A stretch of DNA of 28,490 bases from a virus (taxonomy: Duplodnaviria; Caudoviricetes), in IMG/VR virus record IMGVR_UViG_3300021365_000075, positions 1 to 28,490 of that record; one strand, 5' to 3'. Positions 1-11,400 of the stretch are shown here, piece after piece (within the stretch, counting starts at the first letter, position 1; every line of letters begins with the position of its first letter). Below the pieces are notes generated by a model. It was not told the DNA's origin. It worked only from the letters and a program-made list of their open reading frames with translations, and made no database searches. Position numbers and translations under genes: made by a program.

Positions 1-427
1 CCTGCATACGTTTTATGATAGTCTCTACTTTTGTTTTAGTAAGCCCTCTTGTTCTACCATTAGAAAAAGATGCTTGATTTTGTACATAACCATTATCTGT
101 TGTTTCATATAAACCGGGATTTATCGCAGATGAAAATGTTAGTTTTACACCACCTGTTGATGTAGTTATGCTAGTAATTACACGTTCTAAACCCATAGGG
201 TCAGTATCACTGTAGATGAGAATTGTATCTCCTACACTAAAACCTATGGCTCTGTAATCAGAACCTGTGACAAGAACCGCATTTGCTTCTGCATTAGCAG
301 ACATTAACACCGCTTCTTGTGGTCCTATGTCTAACAAATCTGCTACTTTTTGAGCAGTTGTATATACTATTGCATCGGGGTCTAAGGGTCTTGTTTCGCC
401 TTCACCGGGATTGAATACTTGGGGCAT
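1..427 (-). CDS. Putative head-tail adaptor/connector protein (runs off the window end)
   Basis: Not in the ORF track. My translation from ATG at 427 is MPQVFNPGEGETRPLDPDAIVYTTAQKVADLLDIG...GLTKTKVETIIKRMQ, open to base 1. A GTGAG SD lies upstream. The Y-T-x-x-x-x-V-A-x-L-L pattern and the position after the capsid genes fit gp6/gp15-like adaptors, here with a beta-rich insertion. Confidence 0.6.
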   Translation of the reverse strand, partial: MPQVFNPGEGETRPLDPDAIVYTTAQKVADLLDIGPQEAVLMSANAEANAVLVTGSDYRAIGFSVGDTILIYSDTDPMGLERVITSITTSTGGVKLTFSSAINPGLYETTDNGYVQNQASFSNGRTRGLTKTKVETIIKRMQ

Positions 428-442
428 ACATACAACTCACTT

Positions 443-1147
443 TTAATTAAACCCAAAATCCTGAAGACTAGTTTGTCCTGTGACACCAACTTGAGGTCTA
501 GGTTCAGGTTGAGATTGCGTTGACATATTACTAATGTATTCCATTATTTTATCATGGTCCGGTCCTACCGCATCAATTGCTTGTCGAACCATCTCTGAAT
601 GGTCAGGTTGTGATGGTGATACTGGTGGTGGTGATACTGGTGGTGGTGGTGATACTGGTGGTGGTCGTGGTTCATTCGTCTTCATTTGTGCTGCTTGCCC
701 ATCTTCATTGAAATGATGTTGCGGATACATACTAGTAAATTTATCATGATGTTCATGGTCGCCGTTAGGTCCTGAGACATGATGTCCATCATTATTAATT
801 GCTAATGGATTCATAGCCATTGTTTTACCTAGTTTTGAATGGTCGGCAAGGAATTTTAAATTATACGGATTTTCTGGACTAACAGCATTTAACATCATAC
901 CACTTGTCAATTTATTCTTCGCATCTGCATCTTTATTACCATGCATTCTGTATGCTAAAGAATTAATATATTGAGATAAACTCAAACTATCTTTACCAGT
1001 ATGTTTTTTACCTAAAGTTCCATGTGATTTACCCTTGTGGTCCATCAATTTCATACCCGCTGGCATGGCTATTTTTTGATGTTTAAAATAATCTCTTTGC
1101 TTTCTTGCTTTCATAAAATTCCAAGTTAAATCAAATACTTCATTCAT
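443..1147 (-). CDS. Hypothetical His/Pro-rich protein with FDxxWxxxKA leader; putative internal head protein
   Basis: 234 aa. N-terminus VFDLTWNFMKA, VSPPPP repeats, ATGA overlap with the upstream gene. Confidence 0.7.
   Translation of the reverse strand: MNEVFDLTWNFMKARKQRDYFKHQKIAMPAGMKLMDHKGKSHGTLGKKHTGKDSLSLSQYINSLAYRMHGNKDADAKNKLTSGMMLNAVSPENPYNLKFLADHSKLGKTMAMNPLAINNDGHHVSGPNGDHEHHDKFTSMYPQHHFNEDGQAAQMKTNEPRPPPVSPPPPVSPPPVSPSQPDHSEMVRQAIDAVGPDHDKIMEYISNMSTQSQPEPRPQVGVTGQTSLQDFGFN
612..665. repeat. Imperfect tandem repeat encoding PPPVS units
   Basis: GGTGATACTGGTGGT(GGT) occurs three times in succession. Confidence 0.8.
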
Positions 1148-1443
1148 AATCTATTCACCTCGTCTCTATGCCCTTTATTAAATTCCATCGGATTGCCACA
1201 AGCCCCACAATCTGCTCTCCACATAAAATGAAGCATTCCACAGTTCGTACATCTAGTACCTGCACCTATATTCAGAACGTCTCCTACATTTTCTGTTCTT
1301 GTTCGCTGATTTCTTGTGACACCCTTTAGTGGATGTTCTTTATCAGAAACTTCACCACTGTCATAAGCGGTATCAATTCTAACATTTTGTTTTTGTGCTC
1401 TAGTTATGTCATCAATTTCTAATGTTCTAACATCGAAACTCAT
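1144..1443 (-). CDS. Zinc-ribbon protein
   Basis: C-terminal CTNCG-x9-CGACG. GAGGG SD upstream. Confidence 0.75.
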   Translation of the reverse strand: MSFDVRTLEIDDITRAQKQNVRIDTAYDSGEVSDKEHPLKGVTRNQRTRTENVGDVLNIGAGTRCTNCGMLHFMWRADCGACGNPMEFNKGHRDEVNRL

Positions 1444-1458
1444 TCATATCCCTCACTC

Positions 1459-1665
1459 TCATGCACTACCTGTTAATGATAGTATTAAAAAAACATTACC
1501 TAATACAGTGATTGGTTCTACTGCTATTAATGTACTACCGGGTGTAGATGCTGCTGCATCTGTCATTGCTTTACTAACGCTACCTGCTGTATTGTATGTA
1601 CCGGGTGTAGAGAACTCTTTCGGTGAGAAAGGTCCAATTACTTGTATTTTAGGACTAACTGCCAA
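1459..1665 (-). CDS. Small putative virion structural protein
   Basis: 68 aa, TTG start behind GGCGGTG, rich in small and hydrophobic residues, inside the capsid operon. Confidence 0.6.
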   Translation of the reverse strand: MAVSPKIQVIGPFSPKEFSTPGTYNTAGSVSKAMTDAAASTPGSTLIAVEPITVLGNVFLILSLTGSA

Positions 1666-1678
1666 TTAAAACACCGCC

Positions 1679-1942
1679 TTAGCGTTGTCCTAATGCCATA
1701 AATCTGTATACTTCTGTGTTTACTACTGTTAGTAAAATATCAGTTGCCGGGTCTGTGTCGATTGTTACGACTGGTGTTACTACTACTGATGCTTTTACTG
1801 GCATAATAGTAAATGAATCAATAGTTGATAGAAAATCTCCTAGAGACACGGTTTGTGACGTGCCATCTGCTGTAAAACTTCCCGTTACCATCATTAAATT
1901 ACCCATTACGCTAGGTCTGCTATCTAAAGTTACTGTTGCCAT
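1679..1942 (-). CDS. Small beta-rich putative capsid decoration protein
   Basis: 87 aa, Thr/Val-rich, GGAGTGA SD, downstream of the major capsid protein gene. Confidence 0.6.
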   Translation of the reverse strand: MATVTLDSRPSVMGNLMMVTGSFTADGTSQTVSLGDFLSTIDSFTIMPVKASVVVTPVVTIDTDPATDILLTVVNTEVYRFMALGQR

Positions 1943-1948
1943 ATTTTA

Positions 1949-2326
1949 TCACTCCATTGTTTGTTCTTCTACCACTTCAGCGGCTTCTTCTACTACGACC
2001 ACAGGTGGTGCTGGATTTAGATGTTCCTCAACTAAACCCAATAATGCACCTTTTGTCCTGTAACCAGCACCGAAAGAAACTCCTTCTGCTTTCAACCATT
2101 TCTTGATGTCTCCTACTCTCCAACCGGAGTCAGGTATTCCATCGGCTTTATCATCAACAGTTTTTGCTTCTGAACCTGTTAGTTCATAATCAGAACCTAA
2201 TGATAATGAATACTTATCACACCATTCTTGTGTGACATTGTATGTTTCACCTCGGTAAACAGTCTTCCCAAATCCTCTCGGACCGGGAGACATGTAATAT
2301 TTACCGATATACTTTAGTTGTGGCAT
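1949..2326 (-). CDS. Protein with HeH/LEM/SAP-like helical module
   Basis: PDSGWRVGDIKKWLKAEGVSFGAGYRTKGALLGLV matches the W-x3-I-K-x-W-L...K-x-x-L-L helix-extension-helix pattern common next to capsid genes. GGTGA SD. Confidence 0.6.
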   Translation of the reverse strand: MPQLKYIGKYYMSPGPRGFGKTVYRGETYNVTQEWCDKYSLSLGSDYELTGSEAKTVDDKADGIPDSGWRVGDIKKWLKAEGVSFGAGYRTKGALLGLVEEHLNPAPPVVVVEEAAEVVEEQTME

Positions 2327-2337
2327 GAAGAATCACC

Positions 2338-2829
2338 TTAGTTCAGTAGTAACACCGTTATTTGTGCTACTTGGTTTGCGACTTCAGAGTCTACGATTAG
2401 ACAAGGTAGTAAACCACCTGTTGCTAGTGGGGCTACAGTATCGTCTGCTCCTACTAGTCCAGTGTTGGTCATTGTTACAGTTATGTCCTTAGCAGCAGTT
2501 GCTGAGGCATATCCTACGATTCCTAGAATCTTTGATGCTCCAGCAGAGAACAGTAGAGGTTCTACTGTTCCTGCTTGTACGACGTTTACCGTGAATGTTA
2601 CCATTCTCAAACTTCCGTTTGCATTTGTTGTGTTAGCGTTTTTTGCGTTAAAGCCAGCAAGAGCACCCGGATATGAACCCGCTGCTGCTCCGCCGTCCAA
2701 CCATGCTGTTTCGTCGACTGGTGTACCAGTTCTCATGTCTATGTCAGCCAGTATGCTCACTAATGTGAAATCACTGTCTGCTACTTTTATGCTTAATCCT
2801 TTATCAGTTGTTGTTGTTGTTGCTACCAT
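2338..2829 (-). CDS. Putative minor capsid/decoration protein
   Basis: 163 aa, Ala/Thr/Gly/Val-rich, immediately after the major capsid protein gene, strong GGAGG SD. Confidence 0.6.
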   Translation of the reverse strand: MVATTTTTDKGLSIKVADSDFTLVSILADIDMRTGTPVDETAWLDGGAAAGSYPGALAGFNAKNANTTNANGSLRMVTFTVNVVQAGTVEPLLFSAGASKILGIVGYASATAAKDITVTMTNTGLVGADDTVAPLATGGLLPCLIVDSEVANQVAQITVLLLN

Positions 2830-2861
2830 AATTTATTCCTCCATTAAATCCTCAATAAACC

Positions 2862-4046
2862 TTACTTAAGGTCTCTTACACTCCCTTGTGCTCCGAAGAA
2901 AGTAGTCCAGATTTCACCCATTGTTCGGTAAAGTCCTTCCTGTCCTAATCTGTTTATTGCGAATGGGTCTCCTGTCTCTATACCAGACTCAAAGTATTGT
3001 GTTGGTATTGCTGTACTAAAGTGTAGATAATCTGTATCTAGTAAGTACATTCTTGAAATTCCGTCTTTTGTAACGTCTTTAGATGGAATGATTGGCACAC
3101 CGTTGTATGTTGCTACGATGAATCCAGCCTCGATTCCCGGTACACCCTTTACTCCATTGTAAGTAGGTGTAACTCTCTTCTCTTCCATGAATCTTTGTTG
3201 AGATTGTAATAGTTGTTGTAATCTCATCAATGTGTCATATCCAGTTAGTATAACTTTTGGATTTCCACCACGTACCCATAGTCTTTGGAATATATCATCA
3301 AGTTGGTCAAGAGATAATGTTCTCCTGTTACCTGCTGCTCTATCAGAACCACAGTCAACTTCAGCATTTGACCAATCGTTGTCACTTCTGTTTATGCTGT
3401 ATATATCTAAGTCATTTGCACCACAGTGGTCAGTTCCTACTGAACCACCAGTTTCCATAGTAGTTAATCCACCGGAAGCACCACCATCTGCACCAGTAAT
3501 TCTATCAAGAGATTCATAGTTATTACCTGCTACGTTTTCGCTGTCGTCTAATAACATTCTATTGATTGATTCTGCGTGATGTTTACCCATTTCTTCTTTA
3601 AGAACTGAGCGTATATCTCCCATTCCGTCATCCTTGTCAGCAAGGAAGATAGCAGTTTCAGACATATCGAATGTATGAGCGATTGTCTTTGGTTTTGCTG
3701 CTATGTGTTGGAATGTTGGTCTTTGTGTGTCTGGTAATGTTGAGTTTTCTGCAACTCCACCAAGTAATGAACCAGTAGTAGCATCTGAAGGCTTTGCTGT
3801 TATAACACGCCATCCTGACCTATCCCAAGGTTTCTTAGGTAGTATACTGAATGCATTGAACTCTTGGTTCAATTGAGACCATACTTTGCGTCCATAAATT
3901 GCTTGGTATGTACCAGCAGTTGTAGACAACATTGGGCTGTCGCTTTTCAGTAGTTCACTACCGGAGTATGAGTAACCCATTGCGTTACCCGCACCATAAT
4001 AGTATCGTTCCATATCAGTTATTGTTCTTACGTAATTTCTTGCCAT
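2862..4046 (-). CDS. Major capsid protein (HK97 fold)
   Basis: Start moved to MARNY (ATG 4046, GGAGAGTGA SD). Follows the protease/scaffold gene. Has HK97-like P-domain segments (PKVILTGYDT, YNGVPIIPSKDV, MYLLDTDYL) and a putative propeptide ending SELLK-S. Resembles magrovirus capsid proteins as I recall them. Confidence 0.9.
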   Translation of the reverse strand: MARNYVRTITDMERYYYGAGNAMGYSYSGSELLKSDSPMLSTTAGTYQAIYGRKVWSQLNQEFNAFSILPKKPWDRSGWRVITAKPSDATTGSLLGGVAENSTLPDTQRPTFQHIAAKPKTIAHTFDMSETAIFLADKDDGMGDIRSVLKEEMGKHHAESINRMLLDDSENVAGNNYESLDRITGADGGASGGLTTMETGGSVGTDHCGANDLDIYSINRSDNDWSNAEVDCGSDRAAGNRRTLSLDQLDDIFQRLWVRGGNPKVILTGYDTLMRLQQLLQSQQRFMEEKRVTPTYNGVKGVPGIEAGFIVATYNGVPIIPSKDVTKDGISRMYLLDTDYLHFSTAIPTQYFESGIETGDPFAINRLGQEGLYRTMGEIWTTFFGAQGSVRDLK

Positions 4047-4051
4047 TTTAT

Positions 4052-4864
4052 TCACTCTCCCTCAAAGACTCGACCTGCGAGTTGATGTACTTCTTCCCAA
4101 GACATTTGTGCTAGGTCAGAAGTTGATGGAACTTCATGTTGTGGTTCAGCAGATTTTTGTAGTGTTTCTCCTACTTCTGCTGGTGTACCAATATTGTCAA
4201 TTCTTTCTGTAAGTAAAGAAATTGCTTTTTGTATATCATATAGAGGACCACGAGAATCAAAAGCAGCGGCTTCAGCCTTTGCTATTTCTTCTGTGCGTTC
4301 TGCTTGATATCTCTTTGCGAATGTATCTTCTAAAGAACCACGGAACTCGTTTTCCAAAGCAGCGGCTTTGTAAACTTCATATGCCGCTTCTACATCAGAA
4401 GTATCTAAATCCATAGGGTTCAAGAAATCAGATTTCTTTACATTTCCACCGCTGTTGAGTTTAGGGATTGCTCCTGTGGATGGGTTTCCACCTTCTTGTA
4501 CTCTGCCTTTTACTTGACCACCATTAGTTGCAGTAGTATCTTGCAATTCACCGGGGGTTGAACCCATATTATTTTTTGCAACTGAATCATTATCAAAGTG
4601 TGCTCTTGCTTCAACTGTATCAACACCAGCACTCTTTAGTGTGTCTTCCATCCAATTTAGGTAATCGGATGAAATAACATCAGAGTATTCTGTATCTGAT
4701 TTCTTAGCATCATCTTTGTCTTTGGATTCTTTCTTGTCATCCTTGCCTTCATCTTTTTTATCTTCAAGGAAAGCAGGTTTTTCACCTTTTTCCATTGAGT
4801 CAAGACGTGACTCTAATCGAGAGAGTACGTCGGTCATCTGGTTCATTGTGTCATCTTCTGTCAT
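4052..4864 (-). CDS. Probable nested in-frame scaffold protein (270 aa)
   Basis: Internal ATG (MTEDDTMNQM) preceded by a perfect GGTGA SD at 5-nt spacing, right after the protease domain ends. Confidence 0.6.
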   Translation of the reverse strand: MTEDDTMNQMTDVLSRLESRLDSMEKGEKPAFLEDKKDEGKDDKKESKDKDDAKKSDTEYSDVISSDYLNWMEDTLKSAGVDTVEARAHFDNDSVAKNNMGSTPGELQDTTATNGGQVKGRVQEGGNPSTGAIPKLNSGGNVKKSDFLNPMDLDTSDVEAAYEVYKAAALENEFRGSLEDTFAKRYQAERTEEIAKAEAAAFDSRGPLYDIQKAISLLTERIDNIGTPAEVGETLQKSAEPQHEVPSTSDLAQMSWEEVHQLAGRVFEGE

Positions 4865-5413
4865 TTTTTTCACCTTGTTGGTTTCTTCTTGTTTATCTTC
4901 CTTTAATATTCTGAATGTTGCTTCGGGGTTTATTCCTTTTTCACAAATTGTGATTTCGTGGAGTTCGAGTTTGCTGATTTCTTGATAATCGCCATGTTTA
5001 CGGTCTGATTTTCTGACTCGTTTGAATGCCTGTCCACCTATACTAAAGCCGCGTAATGCACCTTTTCGTATTTCGGCAGCGACTTCTTTGGCTTTTTCGA
5101 TGTCGTCACGTAGTTTTATTACTACAAACATTCCGACATCATCCACTTCGCTTTTCCACAACCTCCCTTCGCTATCCGTATAATTTGGAACTACATCTCC
5201 GACTTGTATATTGGAGTGTGCCAACTGCACATTCCTATAGGATGGATTTTGCATAAATTTTCTAAATCCATCTTTTAATGCCCCTTGTGTTATTAAATCG
5301 CCTTGTTTGTCTACTAGTTCAACACTAGCGTATCCAGCGACGACAAGTTCATTCCCTGCTTTAAGCAAACTGATAGGTTCATCAGAAGGTTTGTACTGTA
5401 GTCTCGGCTGCAC
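4052..5413 (-). CDS. Prohead protease (HK97/XkdF-like, S78 type) fused to a scaffold domain
   Basis: VAGYASVELVDKQGDLI, catalytic His (QLAH), Ser (GFSIGG) and LHEITIC...NPEATF in the first ~170 aa, followed by a charged helical region. Confidence 0.9.
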   Translation of the reverse strand: MQPRLQYKPSDEPISLLKAGNELVVAGYASVELVDKQGDLITQGALKDGFRKFMQNPSYRNVQLAHSNIQVGDVVPNYTDSEGRLWKSEVDDVGMFVVIKLRDDIEKAKEVAAEIRKGALRGFSIGGQAFKRVRKSDRKHGDYQEISKLELHEITICEKGINPEATFRILKEDKQEETNKVKKMTEDDTMNQMTDVLSRLESRLDSMEKGEKPAFLEDKKDEGKDDKKESKDKDDAKKSDTEYSDVISSDYLNWMEDTLKSAGVDTVEARAHFDNDSVAKNNMGSTPGELQDTTATNGGQVKGRVQEGGNPSTGAIPKLNSGGNVKKSDFLNPMDLDTSDVEAAYEVYKAAALENEFRGSLEDTFAKRYQAERTEEIAKAEAAAFDSRGPLYDIQKAISLLTERIDNIGTPAEVGETLQKSAEPQHEVPSTSDLAQMSWEEVHQLAGRVFEGE

Positions 5414-5439
5414 ACTAATTCCTGTTTGGCTTGTTATGT

Positions 5440-5452
5440 TACTTATATGAAA
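5440..5452 (-). promoter_or_regulatory. Putative archaeal TATA box for the protease-capsid operon
   Basis: Minus strand TTTCATATAAGT about 30 nt upstream of a GTG start that has no SD, consistent with a leaderless or short-leader transcript. Confidence 0.4.
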
Positions 5453-5456
5453 CGGT

Positions 5457-8400
5457 TCAGTAAGTGTCTAAATCTTCTTCTATTTCTTTATCATTTTCTT
5501 CGGAAATCTTCATTTTTTTATCTCTACCGGGATATTTTTCAGGTTTTTCCATATCTTCGGTAGGTCTTTCCTTCATATCCCAATCAGGCATACTTTGTTC
5601 AGAAGTTAAACGAGTAGGTCCACGAGGACTTTCTATCTGTGCACCTACATCAATTCCTAGTCCTCTACCAGCCATATTACTATGTCCTTTTTCTAAAACA
5701 TCTAACGCTCTTGCTATCAACTCTAATGTCTTCAACATCTGTTCTCTTTTTGGTTTCATTATTCTGGATTCATCATCAGCATCAATAATACCTGCACTTT
5801 CAACTTCAACTTTTTCATCATTAGGTTTACTCGGCATGTCCATATTCACTTGAGATATAGGACGTTTCTTTTTTTCTGCTTTCCACATCTGTTGAAATGC
5901 AGGTTGCCAATAACTCTCCAAACTTTTGGCTAAAGTTATAGGATAATCATCTTCGTATAATGAACCTAGTGTACTTTTAGGATTTAAAACGTCTATCAAC
6001 ACACCATCATCTAAAATTTCATATTTTACAATATCATCAGTAAAATGTAATATAAAATGATTATTTTCAATTTCCATACCAAAAGGAATATGATAATCAT
6101 CATAAGATTTAGTCATCATAATCCATTTAGGATGTTTTTCTTCTCCTTTCATGTAAGTAGATTTAGCATCTCTTAATAATATTCTTTTATCTTTGTTATC
6201 TGATAATAAATCTTGAACTGCATTTTCAAGCCCTTCTTCATCTGTAATTTTTAAAGTGGAAGGACCAAGTACATTAATAAAATTATGACTTTCAAATTGA
6301 CCTCTAAGTAATTTCATTCTATCTCTAGTATCTAAATCAGTTACATCTGTACCATCATAATGCATTACATCGTTAATAAAAATACCTTCACTATTCATAA
6401 CAGCGTCTATAACATAGTTTTTATTTGTTATTTTCCTAAAATATTTATCTATCTCACTATAACTATCCACCCTTTGTGCGTTTTCATCACTTAAAGTAAT
6501 TCTATTTCCTGCTCTTTTTACTTTCAATCTTTTACCATCTTCTTGTATAGAAACCACCCATTCACCAGTGAAACCTCTTAATTGCTCAATATCTGATACT
6601 TTGAATATTTTATGTAAAGGTTCTATTAAAGGCATTTCTACAGGTAATTGTGCTTTAGCCATTAATGTTGCATCACTATACATAGGGTCATCAGTTTCAG
6701 ATGTCGTATAAGGATTTTCATGCACTTGTGAAGATGTTTGGTCGCCTAAAACAACATTTGTATTAAATTGATGTTGTTCTTCACCTAATACATATGGATA
6801 AACAGTAGCAGGTGGTGGAGCAAAAGCACGTCTTGTCGCGTAATCACCTATTTCCATGTTACCTTCTTTAGAAAACTCAAATGCGAAGTTTGCTTGTGCA
6901 TCTTTAATTTTACTTACTTTTCCTACAATACCACCACCACTATATACAGTTGAAACAGTTCTGCCTTTCTGTTCATGATGTGGATGAATTTCTACTTCAC
7001 CTTGTGTAAAACTTGGTCTAGTTATTGTTTTTTCATCAGTTGGGTTGGCTAGTTTTTCATCATAATCACCATCATAAACTATAACACTGTCTAACATGTT
7101 ATGTAAATTGTCTTTATGTTGTTTTTTACCTACATCCATCCCACTTCCTATTTCACCATTCTTTTCATACACTAAACCATAATCATCTTTCAATGTACCA
7201 AATTGTGCACTCTTTGGAGAAATATCCATTTTTCTGTGTAATTTTCTTATTTGATTGTATATTGGATGAGTTTTATAATGTTCATTCCTTAGTTTTTTAG
7301 GATTTGGATGTAAATCAAAAGAGCCGCCTGTTGCTAATTTACCTCTTGATAATTCTCTAAGTTTATCAACATAAATCTTTTCGCCGTTTTCATCCGTTAC
7401 TAAATTACCAAATTCATCTCTTTGATGTATTTGATATGTAGTAGGCGGTACGGCTTGCGATGCTTTTCTATAATGATTTGCAAGTAGTTCTTGACGTTCT
7501 TTAGAATTATTAGTGTTACTCCAAACATCTTCATAGATTTGTTTCCCATTTTCATCCATCATTTGTTTTCCATTTTCATCTAATTTAGGTATTTTTGAAA
7601 GATTTGGATGCTTGGCAAGTAACTGTCCTAAAGTCATAACTTTATTGTTTTTACTAATATGACTTTTTATTAATTCTTGAGCATACATTAAGTTTTTTGG
7701 ATTGAGTTCTAAACCAAGTTTTTCTACTAAATTCTGTGCAGTTAAATTAGAATTGCCATGTTCATCTTCACCAAAATCATTCAAACCAACTCCATGTTGA
7801 CTCATTATTTTTTGTATATCGCCATGATGACCTTCACCCGTTTTACTAAGTTGTTGTATTGTCTGCGATGTACTTTCACCTATTTTACTACCATAACTTT
7901 TCAAATTATGCACTTCATGGGGTACAGTTAACAGTCCAACTTCTGCATCATGTAATAATTGAGCCATGTTAATTTTAACTTGGTGTGCTCCAACTACCTC
8001 TGCATTGAAAGCATCAGGAAATTTTTCAAGAACTTTAGGTAATAGATGTTCTTTTGCAAAATCTAATTTAGCATGTTCGTCTCTCGTTCGACCTTCTTCT
8101 TCATGATTAAAACGAGTTTGTTCTGCTCTAAAACTATCAGAATAATGTTTATCTTCTATTTGATTTATTTGATTTTGCACATGATTTATTTCTCCATCTA
8201 ATTCTTTTAATCTATTTTTTTCAACAACATTTAACGGTTTATAGTAATCTACATTACTTACATTAGTGGTAGCATCAGTTACTTTATACCCTAAACCTTT
8301 TGAATCTCTTCTAGTTTCTAAATCTAATTTTTCTACTTTTAATTTTTCTAAAAAAGCACTAATATCGTCAATAGTACCTTGTTGTTTTTCTTGATTACCT

Positions 8401-11400
8401 ATTGCCGATTGTGTAAAATCATGCATCCTATTCGCAAATTCTTTCTTTCCAACTTTAGTCGATAAAGCAAATAATTCTCTTAATAACGAATCATCAATAT
8501 CAGAATTTATTTTCAAATTTTGAATATTTTCAGGACTTAAAACATCTTTACTTTTAAGAAACATATTTGGTTTTCCATCAGGGTGTGTGCCGAAATCGTA
8601 ACCCCAAAAATCACCAATATCTTTACTTTGTCTTTTATCTGTAACAGTTCCTTGACTTTGATGTGACATTGCATGACTCATAGCCAAAAAATGTTTTGTT
8701 TTTGTTAAATTGTTTATTTTACCATCTGAAATAGTTGAACCAGTTTGATTGCTAGTAACATAAGGATTATGTAAAACAGATGGATTTTTACCATACACGT
8801 TTGTATAATACGCATCACCGTTATCTACATCACTAAATTTTTCTTTTAGTCTACCTTCATTAACCACATCAGGATGTCTAACCGATATATGGTCTTCAAT
8901 ATTTTTATCAGTTAAACCCGGTGAAAAAGTAACATTACCGTCTTTATCTTTTTGAGTTCTAACACTACTTGTACCGTAAGGACTCATTATATCTTTTACG
9001 AGGCTTTGTCTTTTTACTCCTGCTGGAAGATTACTTGGTAGTAAAAAATTGATTAAACCCATAATCTTATCATTCGGGATTAAAGGTGATAAAGCATTTG
9101 TAAATTCTCTATTTCGGCCCAATTGGTTGATTGCATCTAAAGATTGCAATTTTTTTTCTCCAAAAATAGATTTTGAACTAATTACATTTCCTTGATTATC
9201 TTTTTTTATTTCATGTGCATGATGGTCATGTAACATAGATAGTAAATGAGTATCAGATATACCATGCCCACCACGTCTATTATAAACATCATGAAACATT
9301 CTACCTAAACCTTCAAGTTTAGTATTATCTTTTTCATTTACTAAAAATCCTTTATCTGCTCCATATTCCATAAATCCGTCTTCAGATTTAGGTAAATTTT
9401 TCCTTTTAATTCCATTAGTACCTATTTTAAAAGGTTTTAAAGTATTTCTAATGTTTTTGGCTTGTTTAGATAAACCTCTACTATGGTCATAATGTTCTTT
9501 AACTGCTTGCATTTCTTTTTTAGTAAAATATGGTTCTTTTCGCAAAGACAACAAATCGTGTTTTTTCCTATCAGTAAAAATAGTATTTCCATTGTCGTCA
9601 ACACTTTGATTATATCCAACAAATTTAACTAAATCGTCCCATTTCCATTTATTTACAGCCCTTTCTTTCACTTCTTCTGCATGTGCATTGTCATTAAGAT
9701 TTTTATGTGGTGCTTTAATTGCATTAGCCCAATCTGTAAATGCTGACCATAAAGGTGAGGCTTTACCTCCTTTTTCACTTGTAGTCAATTCGGCTGGCGT
9801 TTTATCTAATTTTCTATAATGTCCTGCCCAATCTAAAATTTCTTTTATTTGTTTTTTGTTTAAATTACCAAAATCAATACCCTTTGAAGCCAAAGAAGGC
9901 CATTTTATAGCACCATTTTCAACAGCGTTTCTTTTTTGTCTCAAAGATGCTTGTTGCCAATTTTCACCATTTGCGTTTATACCATTTTTATTTTTTCGAT
10001 TAAAACTATCTTGAGTGATAAATTTTGTTATTTTACCATTTTTATTATATTCATTTATATTATGATAATTTAATAAATCGCTCAATGAAAGATTGTAATC
10101 TCCTGTAAGTGCATTTTCAGCATCTTCTTGGCAAATATCGTGACCTAATTTATCCATCAAATAATCTGACATCTTACCTTTATCATATTCCTCATAATTA
10201 GGATGACGACTATCACTATGGGAAAAAGACAAACTATCGAGAAGATAATTTATATTTGCAGTATCTTTATCAGACACATTAGATAGAGCCTCATTTTCAA
10301 AACTAGCATCAAGGTTAGGACCTGAGAAATTCGGTGCTCTTTGTGAATGAGTCAATAATGGTAAAACGCGACTCAACATTTGAGTTTTCAAATAACTCAT
10401 ATTTAATTTACCATCAGAAAGTTGTATAGTTTGATTATCCGCATTATCACTACCATGTTCCATCAAATGATTCAAAACTTTAGTTCTATCTTGTGGAGAT
10501 AAAAATTCAATACCTAATGCATGTGTAAGAAAACCAACTCCGTGATAATGATTATCACCGTGAAGTTCATCAAGTCGTTTTTGAACTAAACTGGTCTGTT
10601 CTTTAACATCATCAGGCCAATCACCTGTGGCCGCTGTCATACTTCTAATTTCATTTTCTGCCCGTTGATTAATTTGGTTTTCATTTAAACCTTGAGAAGC
10701 CAAATGTTGTCTATATGTTTTATCATTTTTAATATAATCTTTACTTCTGGATTTTTCAGCCCAATCCATAAGATGTAAATTAAATATTTCATCATTATTC
10801 ATTTCATTTATTTTCTTTGTTCCCTCAAATAAATTATCATAATCTTTTCCATTAAATTGCATATCGGCATTATCTAATTTGAATTTTTGTAAAGATTTTG
10901 CATGTAAATCACTACCAGCCATTTCACCAATTTGGTTACTTTCACCAATAAATGGATGATACTTTTCTTTACTTTTTTCTTCTATTTGCCCATCATTGTT
11001 TTCTGTATTTATATCTTTTATCAGTGTACCTATACCAGTAGGTTTAATCAGACCACTCACTGTTGGATGATTGTTTTTCTTATGATGTTCAAAATGTTCC
11101 AGTTTTGCTTTTCTTACTTTGTTTGCTTCACCGGATAAAACATATCTAATAGAAGTATCTAAATGTCTAGGCAACCCATTAATTGCATTTTGTTCCATCA
11201 TAGGATGATTATTATCAAATAAATGACTTGCACCAGACTTTGTAGTAGGCCATAAAGATGCACTTTCAAACAAACTTCGACTTTCATTTGGTAAATATTC
11301 GTTTTGATTACTAAAGTTTGTTTCATCGGCAGCAGACTGTCTACCTTTTACATTACCTCTATCTCTACCAAAATATTGCTCTCTTTCTTTCTCTGCAAGA

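Noticed and set aside
9437-9622. Alternative-frame minus-strand ORF inside the giant gene (likewise 23895..24125)
   Set aside because: Overlapped by longer coherent ORFs, with no motif or convincing SD.
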